Below, one piece after another: positions 36,661 to 47,971 of a stretch of DNA of 64,000 bases (its first letter is position 1; each line of letters opens with the position of its first letter). The notes beneath the pieces were generated by a model, which was not told the DNA's origin, searched no databases, and worked only from the letters and a program-made list of their open reading frames with translations. Source of the DNA: an uncultured Candidatus Saccharibacteria bacterium (GTDB lineage Bacteria; Patescibacteriota; Minisyncoccia; Phycocordibacterales; UBA9973). The translations under genes and the position numbers were made by a program. The stretch lies in contig CAZBZO010000001.1 in the NCBI GenBank assembly GCA_964496425.1, positions 71,265-135,264 of the forward strand, in the 5' to 3' direction.

Positions 36661-37278
36661 TTATGCTCCGATGATCTCAAGCACAGTACCACGACGACCT
36701 GGTACCGCTCCACTGACGAGTAGTTGGTTGCTGCTTTCATCAACAGCGAGGATTTTCAGATTTTTGATTGTAATACGATCGCCGCCGGTGCGTCCTGCCA
36801 TGCGCATGCCTTTTGGCACACGATTACGAAGACCGCCACCAATAGATCCTGGCTCACGCTCAGAATGCTTCTGACCGTGCGTACGAGGACCACCATGGAA
36901 CCCATGACGCTTCACGACACCTTGAAACCCTTTACTTTTTGAAATGCCAGACACCACCACCATATCACCGTCTTTGAATGAAGAAACATTGATTGCATCT
37001 CCCAACTTGATATCTGTAGCGTCAGCCTCCTCGAGACGAAATTCTTTGGTATATCGGAAAAGCCCAAGGGACTTCATGTGGCCGAGGTTGGCTTTTTTAA
37101 TTCGAGATTCTTTTTGTGTTCCATAGCCCACCTGAACAGCACGGTAGCCGTCGCTGTCTTTGGATTTCACTTGCGTGATAACAACAGGACCCGCAGAAAT
37201 AATCGTCGCCGGATATACTTTGCCGTCTGGGGAGAAAAACTGCGTCATTTCTTTTTTTGTACCTAATATATATTTCAT
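36661..37278 (-). CDS. rplC: 50S ribosomal protein L3
   Basis: DGYRAVQVG, KGFQGVVKRHGF, GMRMAG. Confidence 0.97.
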   Translation of the reverse strand: MKYILGTKKEMTQFFSPDGKVYPATIISAGPVVITQVKSKDSDGYRAVQVGYGTQKESRIKKANLGHMKSLGLFRYTKEFRLEEADATDIKLGDAINVSSFKDGDMVVVSGISKSKGFQGVVKRHGFHGGPRTHGQKHSEREPGSIGGGLRNRVPKGMRMAGRTGGDRITIKNLKILAVDESSNQLLVSGAVPGRRGTVLEIIGA

Positions 37279-37356
37279 ACAGTATACGTGGTAAGTGCGA
37301 AGCGAATAGGCAGGGAGGATCACTCGCTCCTCATCGCTTTTTACTCTCCACTTTCT

Positions 37357-37740
37357 TTACATCATTTTAACGTCGATTTCAACTCCAGAAGGAAGTGAAA
37401 GATTGGTCAGTGCTTCTACAGTCTTACCATTAGGATTCAAGATATCGATCACGCGCTTGTGCGTACGAATCTCAAATTGTTCTCGGGAGTTTTTGTAGAC
37501 GAAAGGAGAACGGTTGACTGTATACTTTCTGATTTCAGTCGGAAGCGGAGTCGGTCCCATGATCTTGGCATCGTGCCGAAGCGCGGTGTCCATGATCTGC
37601 TTGACTGATGCATCGAGGATTTTGTTCTCGTATGCTCGGACTCGGATCCGAAGACGGATATCTCCTTCCTTCTTTTCCTTGTCTGCCGCTTTCGGCTTTG
37701 TGGCCTTCGCTGTTTTTGGTTTTGTTGATTTAACTGGCAT
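37357..37740 (-). CDS. rpsJ: 30S ribosomal protein S10 with a Lys-rich N-terminal extension
   Basis: GPTPLPT, SREQFEIRTHKR. Confidence 0.97.
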   Translation of the reverse strand: MPVKSTKPKTAKATKPKAADKEKKEGDIRLRIRVRAYENKILDASVKQIMDTALRHDAKIMGPTPLPTEIRKYTVNRSPFVYKNSREQFEIRTHKRVIDILNPNGKTVEALTNLSLPSGVEIDVKMM

Positions 37741-37817
37741 GAGATTTAAGATTTAAGGAACGCAAATTAGGATTTGTACTCTCTTCTAAAATCTCTAATC
37801 TGCGAACTAACCTGTTG

Positions 37818-39017
37818 CTAGGCAACAATTTTAGTTACGACACCAGCGCCGACAGTCTTGCCGCCTTCGCGAATAGCAAAACGTTGCTGCGCTTCAAGTG
37901 CTACTGGAGTAACAAGTTTTACTTTAAATTGCACTGTATCGCCAGGCATAACCATTTCTTTTCCTTCTGGAAGAGTCACATCGCCAGTCACGTCTGTTGT
38001 ACGGATGTAAAACTGTGGCTTGTATCCTGAGAAAAATGGAGTGTGGCGTCCACCTTCTTCCTTTTTCAAGATGTACACTTCTGATTCAAATTCTGAGTGA
38101 GGAGTAACAGAACCTGGCTTGGCAAGAACTTGTCCGCGAGTCAGGTCTTCTTTTTTCGTACCACGGAGCAAAATACCAGCGTTGTCGCCTGCCATACCTT
38201 CTTTCAAGTTCTTGTTGAACATTTCAATACCAGTCACGGTCGTCTTCATAGTATCTTTGATACCGATGATTTCGATATCTTCACCAACTTTGACGACACC
38301 GCGTTCAATACGACCGGTCACCACAGTGCCGCGGCCTTCGATTGAAAAGATGTCTTCGATCGGCATAAGGAATGGCTTTGCAACATCGCGCTCAGGAACT
38401 GGGATATAGGTATCAAGCGCATTTGCAAGTTCGAGAACTTTCTTTGCCCATTCATCATCGTTTGAAGAAGATTCAAGGGCCTTGAGACCACTTCCGCGGA
38501 TTACTGGACAGCCAGCACCGTCAAATCCTTGTTTGGTAAGGAGTTCGCGAACTTCTTCTTCCACGAGGTCGATGAGTTCTTTATCATCCACCATGTCGCA
38601 CTTGTTGAGGAACACGATGATCTTTGGCACGCCGACTTGGTGAGCCAAAAGGATGTGTTCACGTGTCTGTGGCATCACACCGTCAGTTGCAGCCACGACA
38701 ATAATAGCGCCGTCCATTTGAGCGGCACCAGTAATCATGTTTTTGATGTAGTCAGCGTGACCAGGCGCATCGATGTGCGCATAGTGACGAGTAGGAGTTT
38801 CGTATTCGTTGTGAGAAAGGGCGATCGTAATACCACGAGCCTTTTCTTCAGGCGCGTTGTCGATACCGTCCACGCCTTTGACCTTTGCAGAATATCCCGC
38901 GCCTTGGCGAGAGAGGATGGTCAAAATAGCTGCTGTTAATGTAGTCTTTCCATGGTCAACGTGGCCGATAGTACCGACGTTAACGTGAGGCTTATCTCTT
39001 TTAAATTCTTCTGCCAT
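37818..39017 (-). CDS. tuf: Elongation factor Tu
   Basis: [27 protein letters not shown]. Confidence 0.99.
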   Translation of the reverse strand: MAEEFKRDKPHVNVGTIGHVDHGKTTLTAAILTILSRQGAGYSAKVKGVDGIDNAPEEKARGITIALSHNEYETPTRHYAHIDAPGHADYIKNMITGAAQMDGAIIVVAATDGVMPQTREHILLAHQVGVPKIIVFLNKCDMVDDKELIDLVEEEVRELLTKQGFDGAGCPVIRGSGLKALESSSNDDEWAKKVLELANALDTYIPVPERDVAKPFLMPIEDIFSIEGRGTVVTGRIERGVVKVGEDIEIIGIKDTMKTTVTGIEMFNKNLKEGMAGDNAGILLRGTKKEDLTRGQVLAKPGSVTPHSEFESEVYILKKEEGGRHTPFFSGYKPQFYIRTTDVTGDVTLPEGKEMVMPGDTVQFKVKLVTPVALEAQQRFAIREGGKTVGAGVVTKIVA

Positions 39018-39244
39018 ATAGCAATAAGTGCGTTGGTTAATAATCAAAGCAAATGCAAGAACCAGCCTTTGCTTTAATTACGAACGCGCATAACTAAATT
39101 AATAAATGTGTGCTTTTAATAAAAAAGCCCACAAAATGCGAGTTCTCCCATCTTAGCAGATCCTTTTAGAATGTCAAATCACTTTTCCTCAAAACGAAAA
39201 CAGCCCCGATACTTAGGGCTGTTTTCTGAAAATTCACTACGTAT

Positions 39245-41395
39245 TTATTTACGAGCTGTGATAATTCCTTCGGCCACATTTTGCGGCACAATATCGTAAC
39301 GGAGGAATTCCATCGTAAATCCGGCGCGGCCTTCGGTCATTGAGCGGAGTGAAGTCATATAGCCAAACATTTCCGAGAGCGGCACGATAGCTTTCACCAC
39401 TTTGTTCATACCGCGATCTTCCATACCTTCGATCAGCCCACGTTTTGAAGAAAGGTTACCGGTCACATCACCCATGAATTTATCCGGCGTCACCACTTCG
39501 ACTTTCATCATCGGTTCAAGGATCACTGGGCGAGCTGCTTTGGCAGCATCTTGCACGGCCATAGAAGCAGCGATTTTGAAGGCCATTTCGTTGGAGTCCA
39601 CTTCGTGGAAAGAACCATCCCAGAGATCCACGGATACATCCACCATTTTAAATCCAGCAAGTATTCCACGATCAAGTCCTTCACGAAAACCTTTTTCAAC
39701 TGGTGCAATGTATTCTTGCGGAATCGCGCCTCCTTTGATGTTGTTGATGAATTCAAAGTGCGCATCACGCTTAGTGTTGCGTGGTAAGTCTTCGATCTGT
39801 TCTTTGGTGAGAGACATGTCCATCGGCTTGATTTTGATTTTGACGTGTCCGTAGTTACCACGGCCTCCAGTCTGCTTGATATATTTGCCTTCAGCATCAG
39901 CGGCTGCAGTAATGGTTTCGCGATAGGCTACTTGCGGCTTACCGACGTTGGCTTCCACAGTAAATTCGCGCTTCATACGATCAACAATAATTTCCAAGTG
40001 GAGCTCTCCCATACCAGCGATGATCGTCTCTCCTGTTTCTTGATCGGTCGAAACACGGAACGTCGGATCTTCTTGCGCAAGGCGATTGAGCGCCATACCC
40101 ATTTTTTCTTGGTCGGCTTTAGTTTTTGGTTCAATACGAAGTGAGATGACTGGTTCTGGGAAGACGATACGGTTGAGCTCGATAGGCGCTGTTTCGTCAC
40201 AGAGCGTGTCGGAAGTAATCGTATCTTTGAGTCCCACAGCTGCGGCGATTTCTCCGGCATACACTTTTTTCACTTCTTCACGATCGTTGGCGTGCATGCG
40301 AAGAATACGGCCAATGCGCTCCTTGTTGCGAGTGCGCGGATTGTAGACATATGAGCCAGCAGTGAGCTGGCCTGAATAGACGCGGAAGAAAATAAGCTGA
40401 CCGACGAATGGATCAGTCGCGACTTTGAAAGCGAGAGCTGAAAAAGGCTCGCTATCTGAGGCATGGCGCACCATTGGCTCTTCAGTGTCAGGATTGATAC
40501 CTGGGATTGGAGGAATATCGGTCGGCGCTGGAAGATAGTCCACCACTGCATCGAGTACAAGCTGTACACCTTTGTTTTTGAGTGCTGAGCCGGCAAAGAC
40601 TGGGAAAATAAGGTTGGCGATGACTGCAGCACGAAGTGTTTTCTTCAAAGTATCAACATCAGGTACTTTACCTTCGAGATATTCTGTCATCAAAGTATCG
40701 TCTGTCTCGACAATTTTTTCTATCAACATTGAGTGATATTTTTCTGCTTCAGCTTTGAGTTCGTCAGGGATATCTTTTTCGATCACTTTGTTACCCATAT
40801 CGCCTTCAAAATAGTAGGCTTTCATCTTGAGGAGATCCACGACACCTTCATGTTTTTCTTCAAGTCCGATTGGGATTTGCATGCGCACTGCCGCTTTATT
40901 TAGGCGGTCAAGAATCGTCGCAAAGGAATGTTCAAATGAAGCTCCAGTACGATCGAGCTTGTTGATGAAACAAATACGTGGCACTTTTGCTTCGTCAGCA
41001 TAGCGCCAGTTAGTTTCGGATTGTGGTTCAACCCCTGCCACGCCATCAAAGACCACCACCGCACCGTCCAAGACGCGAAGTGAACGCTTCACTTCGACCG
41101 TAAAGTCGATGTGCCCGGGAGTATCGATAATATTGAAACGATGCTTTTTGTTTTTATCCGTAAGCGCATAGGTCGGTGTCCAAAAACAAGTCACCGCCGC
41201 AGAGGTGATCGTGATACCGCGTTCGCGTTCTTGTTCCATCCAGTCAGTGGTCGTCTCACCGTCATGCACTTCACCAATCTTGTGCGACACGCCGGTATAA
41301 TAGAGCACGCGCTCAGTGGTCGTGGTTTTACCCGCATCAATGTGGGCGATGATTCCGAAATTGCGAACTTTTTCTAGTGGATAGTCTCTTTCCAT
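39245..41395 (-). CDS. fusA: Elongation factor G
   Basis: [27 protein letters not shown]. Confidence 0.99.
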   Translation of the reverse strand: MERDYPLEKVRNFGIIAHIDAGKTTTTERVLYYTGVSHKIGEVHDGETTTDWMEQERERGITITSAAVTCFWTPTYALTDKNKKHRFNIIDTPGHIDFTVEVKRSLRVLDGAVVVFDGVAGVEPQSETNWRYADEAKVPRICFINKLDRTGASFEHSFATILDRLNKAAVRMQIPIGLEEKHEGVVDLLKMKAYYFEGDMGNKVIEKDIPDELKAEAEKYHSMLIEKIVETDDTLMTEYLEGKVPDVDTLKKTLRAAVIANLIFPVFAGSALKNKGVQLVLDAVVDYLPAPTDIPPIPGINPDTEEPMVRHASDSEPFSALAFKVATDPFVGQLIFFRVYSGQLTAGSYVYNPRTRNKERIGRILRMHANDREEVKKVYAGEIAAAVGLKDTITSDTLCDETAPIELNRIVFPEPVISLRIEPKTKADQEKMGMALNRLAQEDPTFRVSTDQETGETIIAGMGELHLEIIVDRMKREFTVEANVGKPQVAYRETITAAADAEGKYIKQTGGRGNYGHVKIKIKPMDMSLTKEQIEDLPRNTKRDAHFEFINNIKGGAIPQEYIAPVEKGFREGLDRGILAGFKMVDVSVDLWDGSFHEVDSNEMAFKIAASMAVQDAAKAARPVILEPMMKVEVVTPDKFMGDVTGNLSSKRGLIEGMEDRGMNKVVKAIVPLSEMFGYMTSLRSMTEGRAGFTMEFLRYDIVPQNVAEGIITARK

Positions 41396-41508
41396 GGATT
41401 ATAAGATTGGGATTTAGTGAATAAAACAAAAAAGACTGGCGTCTTTAGTGCATAGAATATACGATATATATGAGAAATTTGCAAATCAATTAATCGCCAT
41501 TTGGAGAC

Positions 41509-41546
41509 CCAAAACAAAAACTCTCTTTCGAGAGTTTTTGTTTTGG
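41509..41546 (-). terminator. Terminator between rpsG and fusA
   Basis: CCAAAACAAAAACTCTC-TTTC-GAGAGTTTTTGTTTTGG; fusA has its own TTGCAA-17-TATATT promoter. Confidence 0.7.
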
Positions 41547-41559
41547 GGTATTTTTGTGA

Positions 41560-42030
41560 TTACCAGGCGAAGTGGGCGAATGCTTTGTTGGATTCGGCCA
41601 TTTTGCGTGTATCTTCACGTTTTTTGACTGCAGCACCTTCGTTTTTCGAAGCGGCAATGATTTCATCGGCAAGTTTCATGTGCATAGCCATACCTTTCTT
41701 GCTGCGAGCAGCTTCGATGATCCAGCGGATCGCCATAGTTGTGCGGCGGTCAGGACGAACTTCACGAGGCACCTGGTAGTTGGCGCCACCGATTCGGCGT
41801 GAGCGCACTTCCATAAGTGGACCGGCGTTTTTAATAGCTGTATCAAATACTTCAAGTGGATTTGGGTTGTCTGTCTTTTCTTTGATGACGTCGAGCGCAC
41901 CATAGACGATTTTCCGAGCAGTTTCTTTTTTGCCGCTCCACATCACGGTATTGATAAACTTCTCAAGTTTCGTTGAGTTGTAGACCAAGTCCGGATTTAC
42001 CATATTTCGATTTTTTACTTTTCTTCGCAT
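41560..42030 (-). CDS. rpsG: 30S ribosomal protein S7
   Basis: RRIGGANYQVP, MAESNKAFAH. Confidence 0.98.
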   Translation of the reverse strand: MRRKVKNRNMVNPDLVYNSTKLEKFINTVMWSGKKETARKIVYGALDVIKEKTDNPNPLEVFDTAIKNAGPLMEVRSRRIGGANYQVPREVRPDRRTTMAIRWIIEAARSKKGMAMHMKLADEIIAASKNEGAAVKKREDTRKMAESNKAFAHFAW

Positions 42031-42062
42031 GTTTAAATATTAGAAATTAGAAATTAGAAATT

Positions 42063-42494
42063 TTATTTTTTCTTGTCCCCACCTGCCTTTGGTCGCTTGT
42101 TACCGTAGAGTGAGCGGCCTTGGCGTCGAGCCTCCACACCAGTCGCATCGAGACGTCCGCGGACAATATGATATCGCACTCCGATCAAGTCTTTCACGCG
42201 ACCGCCGCGGAGCATGACCACTGAGTGTTCTTGAAGATTGTGTCCCATACCTGGAATATATGCAGTCACTTCCATACCGTTGGTGAGACGTACACGGGCG
42301 ATTTTTCGGAGCGCTGAGTTTGGCTTCTTTGGAGTCGTAGTTGAGACTTTAGTGCACACGCCGCGCTTAAATGGCGCAGGATAAAAGACTGGGCGATTTT
42401 TCAAAGCGTTGAAACCACGAGCAAGAGCCACCGCTTTTGACTTTTGGGTGACTTTTTTCCGGCGTTTCTTTATGAGTTGGTTGATGGTTGGCAT
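42063..42494 (-). CDS. rpsL: 30S ribosomal protein S12
   Basis: [24 protein letters not shown]. Confidence 0.98.
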   Translation of the reverse strand: MPTINQLIKKRRKKVTQKSKAVALARGFNALKNRPVFYPAPFKRGVCTKVSTTTPKKPNSALRKIARVRLTNGMEVTAYIPGMGHNLQEHSVVMLRGGRVKDLIGVRYHIVRGRLDATGVEARRQGRSLYGNKRPKAGGDKKK

Positions 42495-42677
42495 TCCGCT
42501 TTTGGCTAAAATAAAATAGTCCCTAGGACTAGTAGGAGTACTCTACTATGACATATATAAAAAAGCAAGGGGGAAAAACTGTTCTTGGGTCAAGGGAGCA
42601 ACCATGTAAAAAACTTATGGTATAGTACAAACAAAAGAAAATTCTGATATTCCTAACATAAAATACCAAAAACTGCC

Positions 42678-43049
42678 ATGAAAAATATACTCTTCCTTTA
42701 CATTGCACTGCTGTCAATCTTTGTATCAAACCTGTGCATCGCACAGAACGTACAAAACACAGACAAAAAAGTACAAACAAGGTATGATGCCACTGCGATT
42801 GTGCTCCAATGGTTGCCCGGTTTTCCTTCGATAACTAGAGCGACCGGAACTCAGTGGAATACATCAGATGTAATCATTGAGTATTTCAGAGGATCTAAAG
42901 GGAAACTGGAGATTCTTACGGAGACAGAAGTGAATATAAGAACTACTATTACCAACGGTATCATTGAAGTCAAAGTTATAGACAATACTACTCCAACAAA
43001 AGAAGTCTTGATTGGTATCACACCCAAATCAAGAAACCCTGGTATCTAA
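42678..43049 (+). CDS. Small secreted hypothetical protein with a Bacteroidota-style signal peptide
   Basis: MKNILFLYIALLSIFVSNLCIA|QN; upstream TGGTATAGT; downstream hairpin+T run at 43085-43111. Confidence 0.65.
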   Translation: MKNILFLYIALLSIFVSNLCIAQNVQNTDKKVQTRYDATAIVLQWLPGFPSITRATGTQWNTSDVIIEYFRGSKGKLEILTETEVNIRTTITNGIIEVKVIDNTTPTKEVLIGITPKSRNPGI

Positions 43050-43109
43050 TAATATTCAATTTAAAAAACAAAGAAAAATAACCTCCGCTTGCGACATGCA
43101 AGCGGTTTT

Positions 43110-45191
43110 TTATTGCGAAAATTCTTCCGCTCTCTGAGAATCATCTTTTTCTCTTCCTTTATCTTCACTATTTTTTATTCCAGGAATATTAAGTGCACTC
43201 TCATTGATGTCCTCCTTAATTATTTCCTCGCGTCCTCCATCGTCTTCCTCGCTATTGCCGCCGCCCCCAGAATTATTTTCAGTGTCATTATGTAAAAGAT
43301 CAATCAACTGCGCCTCCGTTACACACGTATCCCCTATGCAGAGTTTATCGGTATGAACTTCGCCGACAAATATTTTCTTCAAGCCGTTGCCAACACCTTC
43401 AAGATATTTTTTTACGAGCGAACCGAGCGAACCGTCTTTTTTTTCGTCGAGTGAAGCAAGTGGCTCAACTTTTGCATCAAGCTCTTGGATAGCCTTTACC
43501 ATGGGAGCGGCGAGACCTTGATAGTCAAGTTTAAAATAATGAGTGTTGTGATCTTGGCTTACTAAATTCGGAAATACATCTTTTACATCTTGAGCTATAA
43601 ATCCAAATTGCTCCGCATCTGTTGCTCCATTGCCTTGCATCCATGTATTCCAATTAAACGATACCGGATCAAGCGCATTGATTGCAGAGAGACCATCTGT
43701 GGCAGACAGTGAACGGATCTCATCCTTGAGGCGCTCGTCAGATGCAGAGCAGCTCGTCGTAGATGAACCGTTACCGATAGTACAAGTAGTAACGCTGCCC
43801 GTAATCGTAGCATCCCCATTATTTGCAACATTAAATTTAGTGGCACCACCAAGCGCGACATCGAGCAGTCGTTTGGTACCACTCCCAGTTGCTGTTTCTG
43901 TCACATTAAGCAAGAGTCCTGTATACCCGGCCGTGCTTGATTGATTGACTGTTGGTGTAAGTGAAATTAAATTCTGTGTACCGCTTGTGGCCTTATTACT
44001 TGCAAGAAAAGTGCCTACAGTGCTTAAAGAATTAGGATTACTACTGGTAGTTGTTGGGTAGGCAATCTTGAAGACCAGATTACCTCCGACTCCCGTACCA
44101 GTACCCTTGCCGCCAGCAAAATTCAGATGAGTACCAGTATTATCAGTTCCATTTCCTCCGCTTGCATTCAAGGTAACATCGGAAAGTGAGGTGAGGTTTG
44201 AACGCGCTACTGACGCACCAAAATATACATCATTGATGAATTGCGTCGCATCTGAAGGCCGACCGAAGACAAGCTGGTTGCTGGTAGTTGTTTGTGCACC
44301 GTAGCCAATCGCAATTGAATTGGAATGAGCATACGATTCTGCCCCAAGCGAAACTGAGTTACTGAGGTCAGTAATACTACTGGCATTACCGGCATTACCT
44401 CCAAGCGCGACGTTATTACTCCCCGTGACATTCCCAGTGAGTGCATCAACGCCAATCGCAATATTATTTGATCCAGACGTAATTTGATACCCCGCATCAA
44501 CACCAAGCCCAATATTTAAACTTCCAGAGTCTGTTGATTGACCGGCAAAATCTCCAATATAGGTATTCACCTCACCACTCGTCAGCGCAGCCCCAGCAGA
44601 GAGTCCCCAGGTAGTATTGAGCGTGACACCATTGGCCCCGAGAGAATATAGAGTACCGTTCCGCAAAATCGCGCCATCGTTGCGCAACGTCAATGACTTT
44701 GTTGCTGAACTATTTTCCATAGTAAATGCATTGGTTGCCGACGTAGCACCAATACCTTTTACGTGGAGAGTTGCGGTCGGACTTGCAATACCGAGTCCAA
44801 GTCTTGTAGTACTATTATCCCAAACAAAAACAGAATTTTCTTGCAACACATTGCCAGCACCTTCAAAAAGAACGCTATTGGCGGTGCCTGATGTTATGGC
44901 CGTTGTACCCACCGTAAGACCAGCAGAGATGGCAGCCCAGCTTACAACCGTGCCGTTCGTGCTTAAAAATTCTCCTGCATTACCAGTCTGGTCAGGGAAA
45001 GGAGATGCAAAACAATAGGTATCTGTAGGCACACAGGTGGGATCGTTAGTTTCTCCTGGAATATACGGGGAAGCAGGCGGTGTCGCAAAAACTTGGATAG
45101 TAATGGAGAAAACAAATAGGAAGAGGAAGAAAAGAGCGAGCAGAAAATTGTCGCGGGAAAAGAAATGAGCGAGCTTTCGGGCTACTGACAT
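43110..45191 (-). CDS. Sec-exported fibre-like protein with a Peptidase S74 intramolecular chaperone
   Basis: Signal peptide; YadA-like N.A.G..A repeats; SDERLK..W..GFIAQDV..LDYQGL..VKAIQEL; acidic tail. Confidence 0.8.
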   Translation of the reverse strand: MSVARKLAHFFSRDNFLLALFFLFLFVFSITIQVFATPPASPYIPGETNDPTCVPTDTYCFASPFPDQTGNAGEFLSTNGTVVSWAAISAGLTVGTTAITSGTANSVLFEGAGNVLQENSVFVWDNSTTRLGLGIASPTATLHVKGIGATSATNAFTMENSSATKSLTLRNDGAILRNGTLYSLGANGVTLNTTWGLSAGAALTSGEVNTYIGDFAGQSTDSGSLNIGLGVDAGYQITSGSNNIAIGVDALTGNVTGSNNVALGGNAGNASSITDLSNSVSLGAESYAHSNSIAIGYGAQTTTSNQLVFGRPSDATQFINDVYFGASVARSNLTSLSDVTLNASGGNGTDNTGTHLNFAGGKGTGTGVGGNLVFKIAYPTTTSSNPNSLSTVGTFLASNKATSGTQNLISLTPTVNQSSTAGYTGLLLNVTETATGSGTKRLLDVALGGATKFNVANNGDATITGSVTTCTIGNGSSTTSCSASDERLKDEIRSLSATDGLSAINALDPVSFNWNTWMQGNGATDAEQFGFIAQDVKDVFPNLVSQDHNTHYFKLDYQGLAAPMVKAIQELDAKVEPLASLDEKKDGSLGSLVKKYLEGVGNGLKKIFVGEVHTDKLCIGDTCVTEAQLIDLLHNDTENNSGGGGNSEEDDGGREEIIKEDINESALNIPGIKNSEDKGREKDDSQRAEEFSQ

Positions 45192-45248
45192 ATAGATATT
45201 ATACTTCAAATACGAGCAAAGTGTTTGTGGAGGAAAATTACTTTTGGT

Positions 45249-47873
45249 TTAGTGACGCCCCACAATTTCTTCTTCTGATACTTCACGAGGAATATCAGGC
45301 AAGCCATCTGTTTCAAAGTTATCTGACCCAATATCAATATTCCCATCCTCACTCTCTTCGTCGTTTTCGGCGGTTCCATCGGAGTCAGTATCATCTTCAC
45401 TGCCAGTATCCTCGCTCGGAGTATTGTCATTCCCACCCTCACCACCAGTATTGGTTCCTCCACTGATATTCTGACGCTTCAAGAGTTTGTCGAGTTCAGT
45501 TTTTGAAATACACGTCTCATCACCAGGATCACCAATACATAATGTTTTTGTGTGGACACGATCAGCAAACAGATCACTAATGCTATTCCCGACGTTAGCA
45601 AGAAATTGCTTGATAAGATTTGCAAGCGAATTTTCAATTTGAAGATCCAGTGACAGAAGTGGTTCAATCTTTATATCAAGTTCTTGAAGGCCCTTGGTGA
45701 GTACCGGCACCATATCTTCATAGCGGACTCCTCTCGGTGTCACGCCATCAGCTTCGTAAAACATCAATCGTGTATCGACTTGTTCCACCTCTTCGGCAAT
45801 AAATCCGATGCGAAGTGCATCGGTGCCATTGTACGCATATGTCACCGGGCGAAGTGCGTTTACAATATCGAGACCATTTTCAGTATACGTATTGATATCG
45901 TGTTTAAACCGCAACGAAGAAACCGTACATGTTGCAGTTCCTGTGTTGTGCGTGATCTCAAACGTGGATGTATTCATACACAGCGCGTCAGGCGTGCCAG
46001 ATGAAGCAGCGAGACCTGAGGTCGCAAAAAGTTTTCCTGCTGTATCGATTCGAAAACGTTCCGCAATACCAGCGCCTGAAGCTTTGGTATAAAAAGAGAG
46101 ATCACCTGTTTCACTTCCAGCGGTATTCACCGCATTTGTAATCTTTAATGCCCCCCGGGCAATACGACGCGCACCGTTTGATACGGTAAACACAAATCCA
46201 TTGGCCGTTTCAAAAGCAAATCCTTGAGCTCCTGTCGTTGCTGTAGCACTGTCGACGTCAAACATGGTCTGAGAGGTAACGTTTGATCCACCATTTGTCG
46301 TTCTAAAAGTGAAATTTGTTGTTCCAACGGATAACACCGAAGCGCCATTTCGATTCATAACAATAGTATTATTAAATGTTTTATCGCCAAGAAATGTTTG
46401 CGTACCTGTCGTAACCAGCCCACGATTAGTCGTAGACGCGTCGGGAATATTAAGCGTACCTGTCGCAGACCAGTTCACATCTGTACCTGACGTACCAGGT
46501 GTTGTTGTAAGTGGAAACATGCCACTGGCATCAGGCAAGATATACGAACGATCAGCAGTATTGGAGGTACCATCAAATGTTCGGACAAATCCGTTGCTCC
46601 CTTTCCAAGAAAAAGCATTGGATGAATCAGCATAGAGCCTGAAACCTGAAGCTGGTGTTGATGGAGCGCTGGATTGAAGTGGAAAACCGATAAATCCAGA
46701 CCCTCCCGTACCAGTCAGTGTGCCGCCCGCTATAGGCAAATAACTTGAAAGATCAGAGGTCAACACCAAAGTACCACTCGCATTCGGCACGGTGAGTGTA
46801 CGCGTCGTGCTTGTAGAAATACCCGAGGCTTCAAAGGCAATTTTTTTAGTAGAATCTCCATCATCCAAAATCCGAAAAACATCATCATCAAATTCGGGAC
46901 CTCCACCACCACCTCCGCCCGTCGCATCTATCGTAATAGTGCCAGCGCCGTTGGTAATGTTGATATTGGAACCAGCTGAAAGCGTCGCAAGAGTAAATCC
47001 GGATCCATTGCCAATTAATAATTGGCCGTTTGTTGGCGTACTCGTAAGACCAGTCCCCCCTTGATCAAGAGGCACTGCCCCTGAAGATGTTAAATTTTTT
47101 GATGCATCAGTAAATACCAGCTTTGATGCAGTCAGTCCGGAAAAATTAATAGTTCCAGATGAAGTAATACCCGCTGCTGAAGTAATAGCACCAGAAGTAT
47201 TAATTTGGAATAAATCTCCAGAACCAACAGTAAAAAGTGAGAGGGGTGATGTATCACCGACACCGACATTACCCGTCGAAGTGATACGCAAACGTTCGGT
47301 TGTTCCTCCAGTAGTAAACCCAATACTGCCGGCGGCTGGTAGAAACATACCAGTGGTCAGATCTCCTGCAAATGTATATGTCGGTACAGAAGCTGAGCCA
47401 GCAGCTTTACGTAATGCAAACCCTCCACTCGTACCCGATTGGTAATAGGTGTTTCCAAATCGATATGCCTCAGCGCCATTAATCGTGACATTGATCTGAC
47501 CAGCTCCCGCACTATAGAGTCCCGTATCAGCATCACCGACGAAACCATACGAAGGTGCGGTTGCACTTCCTAAACCGAGAAGGAGTTGATTGTTGGTGTT
47601 ATCCCAGAAAAAATTAGTATTATCTTGCTGAAGAACCCCCGCAGCACCTACGAACAACACGGATCCAGTGGTTCCTGAGCCAATCGTTGTAGTATCGATC
47701 GAGAATGATTCAGAGACAATACAAGTACCGTCATCGGGACCGCAATCTGGTTGAAGGGTTTCTCCTGGTGCAAATGGGCCTGCTGCAAATACTGTAAAGG
47801 CAAGAGAAAAAACAAACGCAAAGAGCAGCGAAATAACCAGGAGACGATTTTTTTCAAAAATCCATTCCCTCAT
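45249..47873 (-). CDS. Second Sec-exported fibre-like protein with an S74 chaperone
   Basis: Signal peptide; G/T/S-rich fibre modules (ERLRITSTGNVGVG, P..QGGTG); SSLRFK..GFIAEEV..VRYEDM..KGLQEL. Confidence 0.8.
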   Translation of the reverse strand: MREWIFEKNRLLVISLLFAFVFSLAFTVFAAGPFAPGETLQPDCGPDDGTCIVSESFSIDTTTIGSGTTGSVLFVGAAGVLQQDNTNFFWDNTNNQLLLGLGSATAPSYGFVGDADTGLYSAGAGQINVTINGAEAYRFGNTYYQSGTSGGFALRKAAGSASVPTYTFAGDLTTGMFLPAAGSIGFTTGGTTERLRITSTGNVGVGDTSPLSLFTVGSGDLFQINTSGAITSAAGITSSGTINFSGLTASKLVFTDASKNLTSSGAVPLDQGGTGLTSTPTNGQLLIGNGSGFTLATLSAGSNINITNGAGTITIDATGGGGGGGPEFDDDVFRILDDGDSTKKIAFEASGISTSTTRTLTVPNASGTLVLTSDLSSYLPIAGGTLTGTGGSGFIGFPLQSSAPSTPASGFRLYADSSNAFSWKGSNGFVRTFDGTSNTADRSYILPDASGMFPLTTTPGTSGTDVNWSATGTLNIPDASTTNRGLVTTGTQTFLGDKTFNNTIVMNRNGASVLSVGTTNFTFRTTNGGSNVTSQTMFDVDSATATTGAQGFAFETANGFVFTVSNGARRIARGALKITNAVNTAGSETGDLSFYTKASGAGIAERFRIDTAGKLFATSGLAASSGTPDALCMNTSTFEITHNTGTATCTVSSLRFKHDINTYTENGLDIVNALRPVTYAYNGTDALRIGFIAEEVEQVDTRLMFYEADGVTPRGVRYEDMVPVLTKGLQELDIKIEPLLSLDLQIENSLANLIKQFLANVGNSISDLFADRVHTKTLCIGDPGDETCISKTELDKLLKRQNISGGTNTGGEGGNDNTPSEDTGSEDDTDSDGTAENDEESEDGNIDIGSDNFETDGLPDIPREVSEEEIVGRH

Positions 47874-47971
47874 CACTCTATTATACCTAAAAAAATCAAA
47901 TTACGTATTATAAATTGATATGTAAGGTTTAAAATAGAGATTATTGAAGAAATAAAGAGCTCTCCCCTACG

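Noticed and set aside
43110-47873. Prophage, suggested by tail-fibre/S74 domains
   Set aside because: Both genes have Sec signal peptides and their own promoters; no capsid, terminase, integrase or att sites are visible
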